A stretch of 13,252 nt of DNA from Thermotogota bacterium (lineage in GTDB: Bacteria > Thermotogota > Thermotogae > Petrotogales > Petrotogaceae), in contig JBNJGY010000048.1 of NCBI GenBank assembly GCA_051748045.1, forward strand, positions 1 to 13,252, read 5' to 3'. The translations under genes were made by a program, and so were the position numbers. How positions within the stretch are numbered: position 1 is the stretch's first letter; every line of letters starts with the position of its first letter. The notes below the pieces were generated by a model, which worked only from the letters and a program-made list of their open reading frames with translations, was not told the origin of the DNA and made no database searches. Shown in pieces: positions 1-7,086 of the stretch.

Positions 1-19
1 GCTACGAAAGCCGAAGATA

Positions 20-49
20 ATACTACCACATTTACACTCTCACTGTCAA
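20..49 (-). promoter_or_regulatory. sigma70-type promoter firing leftward out of the window
   Basis: Minus strand reads TTGACA (49-44), 18 nt, then TAGTAT (25-20) with an extended -10 TG. The target gene is outside the window. Confidence 0.6.
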
Positions 50-117
50 TTGCTTTCTCGTTAACTATTACTTTCTGTTTCCTTAACTGTTTCCACGTTA
101 TTGTGTGTATTAAATTC

Positions 118-1314
118 TCAATCCATTATTAACGCAGAATTTAAACCATAATATTGTAAAGATTGATTAAAAAAATCTGGATTATAATTTTTAGATAAGA
201 CGAATAAAGATCTTCTTCTTATACTAGGCATTTCAACAAAACCATCAGTAAATATTATTATACCTTCTGGTCTTAGAGACTCTTCTACATAATCAATTGC
301 AGGTTGTAAATCTGTTGATCCTTTACCTTTTAATGTTAAATTTTTCCATTTTCCTTTTATATATTTCTGGGTGGATTGAACTTTACTATCCGCTTGTATC
401 AAATGCAATGTTCCTCCAAGTGTTCTTGTTATTTCTTCAATTTCAGAAAAAAACCTATCATATTCCTCATCAATAATAGAACCACTAGTGTCTACTATTA
501 CAGCAACTTCTGGACCTCTTATCTTTCTCCATCCAGGTTGAGAATCATATCTTCTATTTGGTCTCATTATTGTTCTATATTCATCTGTAACAACTGAACT
601 TCCAAAAAATCTTCTTAGTATTGTTTTCCAATCTAATTTTGATTTACCTTTAATTACTTTATGAGCTATTTCAACTGGCTCTAAAGTATCACCTGAACTT
701 TTATCATAAGATTTTTCTACAAATTCACTTACTATATCAAAAGCCATTTCTTGGGTGATTTCTGATTCAAATTCATGAGAATCAGTTTCATTTCTTTTTT
801 CTTCAATTTCTTCTAAATCAGCTATTTTATTATCTTCGAAAAATTTTAAAGCATATTTATAGTATTCTTCAGCTGTTTTGTTTAACATGTCAGGAGGCGC
901 GGTTACGAACATGTATTCATTATCTGGAGCATGACCTTCTGAAAGCATTGTATCTAATGGTTCAGCAATCGCATCTAATTCTTTAATATATTGATTTACA
1001 GCAGCATCCATTGCTAGGTCCCATATACCTTTTTCTCTTTTATTCTTTATTTTTATAAATATATGTCCAAATATTATATGAAATAACTCGTGCTTTATAA
1101 GTGCTTTTGTAAAATTAACTCCTTTATTGTATATTCTTCTAGGATTAAATACTAATTTAAAATTTCCATCTGCGCTTATTATTAGTTTTATTGTTCTTAC
1201 TGTTTCACTTTCAACATGTGTGAATCTCATTCTTGCGTTTGAATAAAAAATGTTTTCTTTTGCTAATTCTATCCAGGCTTTTTCTATTGTGTTTTCTAAA
1301 TTTCTTGCAGCCAT
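118..1314 (-). CDS. DUF2201-like protein: N-terminal putative metallopeptidase domain plus C-terminal vWA domain (MoxR partner)
   Basis: 398-aa ORF with HExxH (KHELFH), a downstream AMDAAVN segment, MIDAS DxSxS (VIVDTSGS), and vWA motifs GSTD and IIFTDG. It overlaps the upstream ATPase gene by 19 bp. Confidence 0.88.
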   Translation of the reverse strand: MAARNLENTIEKAWIELAKENIFYSNARMRFTHVESETVRTIKLIISADGNFKLVFNPRRIYNKGVNFTKALIKHELFHIIFGHIFIKIKNKREKGIWDLAMDAAVNQYIKELDAIAEPLDTMLSEGHAPDNEYMFVTAPPDMLNKTAEEYYKYALKFFEDNKIADLEEIEEKRNETDSHEFESEITQEMAFDIVSEFVEKSYDKSSGDTLEPVEIAHKVIKGKSKLDWKTILRRFFGSSVVTDEYRTIMRPNRRYDSQPGWRKIRGPEVAVIVDTSGSIIDEEYDRFFSEIEEITRTLGGTLHLIQADSKVQSTQKYIKGKWKNLTLKGKGSTDLQPAIDYVEESLRPEGIIIFTDGFVEMPSIRRRSLFVLSKNYNPDFFNQSLQYYGLNSALIMD

Positions 1315-2378
1315 TGCTCATCACCTAATGTTAAAGCTATTTCTTCCATCAATTTATCATAGAAAGCTCTTTTTAAACCTTTTGATTTTTCCACTAAGTT
1401 GTTTAAATTTCTAAGTATAGAGAATATACTATCTTTTGGAATAAATTCAGATATAGCTTTTATATTTTTTGCTATTGTTTGATGTTCGTTGTTGTCTATT
1501 ATATTTATCATTTCTGATTCTTGTATTCTTTCTATATAATTATTTATTCTCATTATCATGTTTATTTTTTCTTCATCGGATAATTTTTCCAATCTATCAA
1601 AACTTTTACCATATAAAATTACATCTTCTGGTTTAGGTAATGTTGTTTTATTGTTCAGATTATTTATATATGCTCTTGCTGAATCAGAACCAACTATTCC
1701 AGCTGCAAGAGAATATCCATATTTTTTAATATTTTCTTCTTCTAAGTTATTTAAAACTCTGGATAATTTAAACCAACTTCTTGGAGATGGCCTAAGATCA
1801 AGTCTTATGGATATTTGATTATCATTTGATAAGTATTCGGGATAGTTCTCAATAAAATTAATTGTATTATTATCTATTCCTTCTTTTTTCGCCCAATCTA
1901 TCCAGTCTTTATCATTTGGAGATATGTCAAGGTGAAAAAATCTTGACATAAAAGCTGGGTCAGTTATTAGTTCAACTTGGTCATATTCTTCATCTGGTGG
2001 ATTAGCAGCTGCCATAATCCAACAGTCTTCAGGAAGAATATGATTATGAATTCTTCTGTCTATAAGTAATTGCATAATTGCATTTCTTATAGATCTATGC
2101 GCTCTATTTATTTCATCTATCAAAATTATCGAATTTTCGTTTTCTGGCCACCAATCAGGTTTTAGAAATGTGGTTTTATTTTCATCTCTTGAAGGCATTC
2201 CGATTAAATCTCCTGGCTCCATTTGAGAAATTACTAAAATTATAAGTTCTCTACCTGTTTCTTCAGCTATTTGTTTTGCTATATCAGTTTTCCCAACTCC
2301 AAAATGTCCCCACAATAAAGGAACTTCATCTGATTGCATTATTTTTTTTGATAAAAATTTTACGTCACTTGGTTTCAT
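1296..2378 (-). CDS. MoxR-like AAA+ ATPase
   Basis: Walker A GHFGVGKT, DLIGMP, Walker B ILIDE followed by INRA, sensor-1 AAAN, Arg finger DPAFMSRF, PSPRSW. SD GGAGG at 2390-2386. Confidence 0.9.
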   Translation of the reverse strand: MKPSDVKFLSKKIMQSDEVPLLWGHFGVGKTDIAKQIAEETGRELIILVISQMEPGDLIGMPSRDENKTTFLKPDWWPENENSIILIDEINRAHRSIRNAIMQLLIDRRIHNHILPEDCWIMAAANPPDEEYDQVELITDPAFMSRFFHLDISPNDKDWIDWAKKEGIDNNTINFIENYPEYLSNDNQISIRLDLRPSPRSWFKLSRVLNNLEEENIKKYGYSLAAGIVGSDSARAYINNLNNKTTLPKPEDVILYGKSFDRLEKLSDEEKINMIMRINNYIERIQESEMINIIDNNEHQTIAKNIKAISEFIPKDSIFSILRNLNNLVEKSKGLKRAFYDKLMEEIALTLGDEQWLQEI

Positions 2379-2414
2379 ATCTTTGCCTCCCTGTACAATT
2401 TTATTTTCTAAATA

Positions 2415-2423
2415 ATTATAACA
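2415..2423 (-). promoter_or_regulatory. extended -10 promoter element for the moxR-vWA operon
   Basis: TGtTATAAT on the minus strand 36 nt upstream of the ATG. No convincing -35. Confidence 0.5.
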
Positions 2424-2454
2424 TAGATAATATTATTAACTTGAAAAATAATAA

Positions 2455-2463
2455 TGTTATAAT
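2455..2463 (+). promoter_or_regulatory. extended -10 promoter element for rqcH
   Basis: TGtTATAAT followed by SD AAGGAGAGG and the ATG at 2488. Confidence 0.55.
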
Positions 2464-2487
2464 ATTAAAAAAGGAGAGGATTAAATC

Positions 2488-4038
2488 ATGCCATTAGACG
2501 GAATAGTTTTTAACAAAATTATAAGAGAGATAAAAACAGAATTGAATAATTATAAATTAAGAAATGTTTATCAACCTGTCAATAATCAGGTTCTTTTACA
2601 ATTTAAATCCAAATTTATTCTTTTCTCACTTTCAAATCCCGCATATATTACATTATTAGATGAAAAGCCTGATATACCTGACAACCCTCTAAATTTCGCC
2701 CAATTATTGAGAAAAAATATAAAAGGTATGTTTTTAAATGATGTTCAACAAATAAAAACTGATAGAGCAGGTTATTTATCTTTTAACGGAACTGATTATA
2801 TTGGAGAAAGAAGAACATATAAAATATATTTTGAGTTGATGGGAAGAAATTCAAATTTGATTTTAACTGATGAAAATGATGTTATTATAGATTCTTGGAA
2901 AAAAATGAACGATGAAAAAAGAACTATTTTACCTGGAGCTACTTATAAAGCTTTTTATGATGAAAAGAAATTAACTATATATGATGATTTTGAAGATGTA
3001 AAAAATGTTATGGGTTTAGCCTCTAAATCAAAAAAATTTATAAATGAGATTGGGAAAGAAAAAGCAAAAGAGGATATGGAAAAAGATTCAATTTTTTTAT
3101 ATCATGATGAAAATAAAAACCCAGATATTTCTGCAATAACCCCAAATGATTATCCCTATGAATTATTAAGGCCTTATAAAGCTGTAGATAAATTATTTAG
3201 TGAAAGAGCCAATAAATCTAGATATCTTGAATTAAAAACTCTATTAGAAAAAAAGCTTAGAAAAACAATAGAAAAAATGGAAAATCTGAAAGCAAAATTA
3301 TTGGCTGATATAGAAAAACAAAAAGAAATACCAGAACTTATTAAAAAAGGTGAATTACTTCAAACTTATTTATATCAAGCAAAAAAAGGTGATGAATTCG
3401 TAGAAGTATACGATTGGGAAAATGATAAAAATGTAAAAATAGATTTAGATCCTTTAAAGAATCCTTCTACAAATTTAGAAAAATATTTTAATAAGGTAGA
3501 TAAATTAAAAAAAAGAGTTCTTCATTCAAAAAAGAGATTGAGAAAAATTCAAAAAGAATTAGACTACTATTATCAACTTTATTCAACTGTTGATATTTCT
3601 GATGATTTAAATACTCTTGAGGAAATAAGGGAAGAAATGATAGATGAAGGTTTAATTCAACTTAACAAGAAAAAAAGAAGAAAAAAACCAAAGAGTTCTT
3701 TCAAAAAGTTTGAGTATAAAGGATTTGAAATTTTAGTTGGAAGAAACAATAAGCAAAATGATGAATTAACAAAAAGTGCCTCAAAAGATGATATTTGGCT
3801 TCATACTCATGAAATACCAGGATCTCACGCCTTGATAAAAGGTGCTGGAAAAGAAATACCTGAAGATGTAATCAAAAGAGCTGCAGAAATCGAAGCCTAT
3901 AATTCAAAAGCAAAGATGTCGAACAATGTTCCTGTAGATTATACAACCCCAAAATATGTTTGGAAACCAAAAGGAGCTAAGCCAGGAATGTGGCTTTATG
4001 AAAACTTTTCAACTATATTTGTAAAACCAAAAGAATAG
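2488..4038 (+). CDS. rqcH: Ribosome quality control protein RqcH/Rqc2 (NFACT, FbpA/PavA family)
   Basis: 516 aa: MPLDG start, FAQLLRK, DR motif (KTDR), ELMGRNSN, a central coiled coil, and an NFACT-R C-terminus (VGRNNKQND, HTHEIPGSH, VDYT, KPKGAKPG). Confidence 0.93.
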   Translation: MPLDGIVFNKIIREIKTELNNYKLRNVYQPVNNQVLLQFKSKFILFSLSNPAYITLLDEKPDIPDNPLNFAQLLRKNIKGMFLNDVQQIKTDRAGYLSFNGTDYIGERRTYKIYFELMGRNSNLILTDENDVIIDSWKKMNDEKRTILPGATYKAFYDEKKLTIYDDFEDVKNVMGLASKSKKFINEIGKEKAKEDMEKDSIFLYHDENKNPDISAITPNDYPYELLRPYKAVDKLFSERANKSRYLELKTLLEKKLRKTIEKMENLKAKLLADIEKQKEIPELIKKGELLQTYLYQAKKGDEFVEVYDWENDKNVKIDLDPLKNPSTNLEKYFNKVDKLKKRVLHSKKRLRKIQKELDYYYQLYSTVDISDDLNTLEEIREEMIDEGLIQLNKKKRRKKPKSSFKKFEYKGFEILVGRNNKQNDELTKSASKDDIWLHTHEIPGSHALIKGAGKEIPEDVIKRAAEIEAYNSKAKMSNNVPVDYTTPKYVWKPKGAKPGMWLYENFSTIFVKPKE

Positions 4039-4045
4039 AGGTTAT

Positions 4046-4078
4046 AAAATAAATTACAAAGTAATTTATTTTGTTTTT
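4046..4078 (+). terminator. AT-rich hairpin, possible intrinsic terminator of rqcH
   Basis: AAAATAAATTAC-aaa-GTAATTTATTTT (12-bp perfect stem, 4046-4072) followed by gTTTTT, 7 nt after the stop. The stem is weak in GC. Confidence 0.5.
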
Positions 4079-4385
4079 AGTTGGAGGATGGAGGTTGTTG
4101 GTTTTTGTATTATTTTAGATGTTTAACAATGTTTTTTACTTCCAACTTCCAACATCGATCTTCCAACAAAATAAATTGTGAAACAATTTCTACTTCTTGC
4201 CCTACTTTGAATTTTTATATTTCGGAATTGTTTTTATTTATTATTTTATATATAACTTATTAATTTCACTGCGTGAAATTTACTGAAGAGACCCTTACGA
4301 CTCGCTACGCTCGCTCAGGATGACATATACAAAGATTTTCAAGAATGTTTTTAACTTCTAACCTCCAACATCCATCCTCCATCTG
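4078..4385. repeat. Cluster of degenerate heptamer-array repeats: one inverted copy and two direct copies
   Basis: 4117-4167 vs 4333-4383 match at 42/51 without gaps. 4078-4103 matches the reverse complement of 4360-4385 at 21/26. Units resemble (a/t)C(t/c/a)TCCA with 7-nt periodicity. Confidence 0.8.
4288..4325. repeat. REP-like GC-rich motif (GAGACCCTTACGACTCGCTACGCTCGCTCAGGATGACA)
   Basis: A GC-rich island in very AT-rich DNA. It resembles the GAGATCCTTCG...GCTCAGGATGACA type of intergenic repeat that I recognise from other bacterial genomes. Only one copy lies in this window, so repeat status is inferred. Confidence 0.55.
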
Positions 4386-4398
4386 AAAAAATAATTTT

Positions 4399-5580
4399 TT
4401 ACTTAGAGTATTCTTCCCAAAGAAAATCGAATTCTTCTTCATAAGCTCTGTATAACCTTTCATTCCCATTTATAATCACAGCGTTTTCATCGTTGTATTC
4501 TAAAGCTGATTTTGTGAAGTTATAGGAACCAGTTAAAATATGTTTATCATCTATCAAAATGAGTTTATGATGAAATGTCTTATTATTTTTATCCAAAATA
4601 AAAGGAAATTCATTCTGATAGTCACCATAAACAGACCACCTAGATCCTGATTGGAAAGTTTCTGTGATTACTTTTACTTCAACCCCTCTTTTATAAGCGT
4701 CTGCAAGAGCTTGTGCAATTTTTGAATCTGTGAAAGTAAAAATCATCACTTTTATTTCTTTTTCTGCATTGTCGATATAATTTAATATAATTTTTTGATA
4801 ATTTTCATCGGGTGTAAAGTATGTGTTTATCTTTCCTTTTTTTATTTCTATATCTTTATATTCTTTTTCATCTTTTCCCTTTTTACCAAACTGTTCATAT
4901 TCAAATTGTTCTATAAATTCAAGCATATAATTTTCGGTAATTTCATTGTTGTACAAAAATAAAAGGTTGTTATTGTTGTAGTTAATCCCATTATGAGATA
5001 AATTGGTACTACCTGTTATCAACAAATAACCATCAACAATTATAAATTTATTATGCATTAACCTATAATTCCCGTCGTATTTTAAATCAATTTTTTCATT
5101 TCTATCCAATTTTTCTGTATAATAATTTTTATTATCAGTTTCTGTTACAATTTTTATTTCTATGCCTTCATCTGCTTTTTGGTTTATTATATTATAAAAT
5201 TCCTCTAGTTCAATATCATACAATGACATATAAATATACTTTTCTGCTTTATTTATTTCTTCTAATAAAAAGTTATAATTATCTTCATTTTTTTCTTCAT
5301 GATATTCATTAATAAAAAGTACTGTTGAATCATATGTGTAGTCAGTTATGTTTATTTTATAGTTCATTCCATCTATTTCAAAATTATATTTAGAAGATGA
5401 ACCATCTGCTCTAAAATATATTTCATCTTCAGTAACAAATGATGATGGTAATTCTCCAGAAAAATTCTTATAATTTGTTATTGAAAATGAATCGCCCAAA
5501 TTCATGTTTAAATTAAAATTAACAGAAAAAATAATCGTCAAAATAAGCAATAGAAAAGTGATTAATAATTTTGTTTTCAA
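4399..5580 (-). CDS. Exported phospholipase D-superfamily protein with two HKD domains (Nuc-like endonuclease/phosphodiesterase)
   Basis: HNKFIIVD..GSTN and HHKLILID..GSYN motifs; basic plus hydrophobic signal peptide MKTKLLITFLLLILTIIFS; TTG start with SD GGAGGTG at 5592-5586. Confidence 0.88.
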   Translation of the reverse strand: MKTKLLITFLLLILTIIFSVNFNLNMNLGDSFSITNYKNFSGELPSSFVTEDEIYFRADGSSSKYNFEIDGMNYKINITDYTYDSTVLFINEYHEEKNEDNYNFLLEEINKAEKYIYMSLYDIELEEFYNIINQKADEGIEIKIVTETDNKNYYTEKLDRNEKIDLKYDGNYRLMHNKFIIVDGYLLITGSTNLSHNGINYNNNNLLFLYNNEITENYMLEFIEQFEYEQFGKKGKDEKEYKDIEIKKGKINTYFTPDENYQKIILNYIDNAEKEIKVMIFTFTDSKIAQALADAYKRGVEVKVITETFQSGSRWSVYGDYQNEFPFILDKNNKTFHHKLILIDDKHILTGSYNFTKSALEYNDENAVIINGNERLYRAYEEEFDFLWEEYSK

Positions 5581-5603
5581 AAAAACACCTCCAATCTCAA
5601 AAA

Positions 5604-5612
5604 ATTATAACA
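5604..5612 (-). promoter_or_regulatory. extended -10 element for the PLD gene
   Basis: TGtTATAAT on the minus strand just upstream of the SD. Confidence 0.5.
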
Positions 5613-5619
5613 TAATTAT

Positions 5620-5648
5620 TTGATTTTTTAATTAGTGAAGCGTATAAT
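5620..5648 (+). promoter_or_regulatory. sigma70-type promoter of tldD-pmbA
   Basis: TTGATT (5620-5625), 17 nt, TATAAT (5643-5648); SD GAGGAGG before the ATG at 5683. Confidence 0.65.
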
Positions 5649-5682
5649 TTTTATATACAGATTTTAACGAGGAGGTAGAAAA

Positions 5683-7086
5683 ATGAACCAATCCCAATAT
5701 TTGGAAATATTAAATACAGCATTATCTCATGGTGGAGATTATGCTGAGATTTTTTTTGAAGAATCTGAAGCTAATGCAATAATGTATGACAATGGAAAGA
5801 TAGAAGACAGTACTTTTAATTCAAGAAAAGGTGCTAGTATAAGAGTTACAGAAGGTGAAGAAACAGTTTTTGCTCATACTAATAAGCCAGACTTTGAGTC
5901 TTTAAATAATCTTGCAGAAAAGTTATCTAAATCTGCTGAAAAAAGAAATTTTAAAGATAAAATTGAAGTTAAAGATTTAAAAGAAAATCCTAAGTTAAAT
6001 AACATGGAAGTTAAAAGAGATTTTGACGAAGTTGATACAGAAGAAAAAATTGAAAGAATTAATTTCGCTGTTGATTACATAAAAACTTTAGATAAAAGAG
6101 TATCTCAAATAACCATTAGATATATGGATTCATTTAGAAAAGTTAAGATAGTTAATTCTGATGGGGAGATCTCTAATGATGTTAGAAGATATCCTGTATT
6201 TTTTGTAATAACATATATAACTGATGAAAATGGACAAATCTATAGAGGATTATCAGGCAACGGTGCAAACATGGGTTATGAATTCTTTGATGATTGCATG
6301 ATTAAAGAATTGTGTGATGATTCAGTTAGACAAGCTGTTAGCCAATTAGAAGGTGAAGACGCTCCTGCAGGGGAATTCACTGTCGTTTTATCTTCTGAAG
6401 CAGGAGGAACTATGATTCATGAAGCTTGTGGTCATGGAATGGAAGCTGATCTAGTTCTTTCAGGCTCAGTTTACAGAGACAAAGTAGGTCAAAAAATAGC
6501 TTCTGAAAAAGTAACTGTAAGAGATGATGGAACTATCAAAAATAAAAGAGGAACTCTTAATTATGATGATGAAGGAATTAAAACAGAAGATACAGTTTTA
6601 ATTGAAAATGGAGTACTAAAAGGTTATATGCAATCAAGGTTAACCGCGAAAAAATTTAATACTGAATCAACTGGTAACGGAAGAAGACAAACATATATGC
6701 ATTTACCTGTTGTTAGAATGAGAAATACTTTTATCGCTCCTGGAAATGACAAACCTGAAGATATAATAAAATCTGTAGAAGATGGAATTTTTGTTAAAAA
6801 AATGGGTGGAGGTCAAGTAGATGTTATTTCTGGTGATTTCCAATTTGTTGTAACTGAAGGATACATTATAAAAAATGGAGAAATAAAAAATTCAATAAAA
6901 GGCGCTTCATTAGTAGGTAATGGTCTTGAAGTGCTAGAAACAATAGATATGGTCGGTGATGATCTAGGATATGCTGTTGGAACTTGTGGAAAAGACGGCC
7001 AAGGAGCTCCTGTATCAGATGCACAGCCTACAATAAGAATTCCAAAAATAATAGTTGGTGGAGTCGTAAAAGGAGGAACTAAATAA
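5683..7086 (+). CDS. tldD: TldD metalloprotease (catalytic subunit)
   Basis: GGDYAEIFFE N-terminus, HExxxH (HEACGH), YDDEG, TGNGRR, RMRNT, GGGQVD, and the C-terminal metal-ligand Cys in GTCGKDGQ. Confidence 0.93.
   Translation: MNQSQYLEILNTALSHGGDYAEIFFEESEANAIMYDNGKIEDSTFNSRKGASIRVTEGEETVFAHTNKPDFESLNNLAEKLSKSAEKRNFKDKIEVKDLKENPKLNNMEVKRDFDEVDTEEKIERINFAVDYIKTLDKRVSQITIRYMDSFRKVKIVNSDGEISNDVRRYPVFFVITYITDENGQIYRGLSGNGANMGYEFFDDCMIKELCDDSVRQAVSQLEGEDAPAGEFTVVLSSEAGGTMIHEACGHGMEADLVLSGSVYRDKVGQKIASEKVTVRDDGTIKNKRGTLNYDDEGIKTEDTVLIENGVLKGYMQSRLTAKKFNTESTGNGRRQTYMHLPVVRMRNTFIAPGNDKPEDIIKSVEDGIFVKKMGGGQVDVISGDFQFVVTEGYIIKNGEIKNSIKGASLVGNGLEVLETIDMVGDDLGYAVGTCGKDGQGAPVSDAQPTIRIPKIIVGGVVKGGTK

Noticed and set aside
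376..2497. Plus-strand ORFs 376-597, 1558-1818 and 2276-2497
   Set aside because: Antisense shadows of well-supported genes with no motifs.
2488..4038. 'Fibronectin-binding adhesin' interpretation
   Set aside because: A legacy name for the family; there is no signal peptide and the RqcH motifs are intact.
4081..4263. 60-aa ORF inside the repeat region
   Set aside because: It starts at a TTG within the heptamer arm, has no upstream SD and has low-complexity composition; it is best explained as translated repeat DNA.
4117..4383. Possible CRISPR array
   Set aside because: Only two degenerate 51-bp copies with a 165-bp gap, and no cas genes in the window.
118..5580. MoxR-vWA plus PLD nuclease as an anti-phage defence system
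   Set aside because: The PLD gene is a separate transcription unit beyond rqcH and has a signal peptide; no other defence or mobility genes are nearby.
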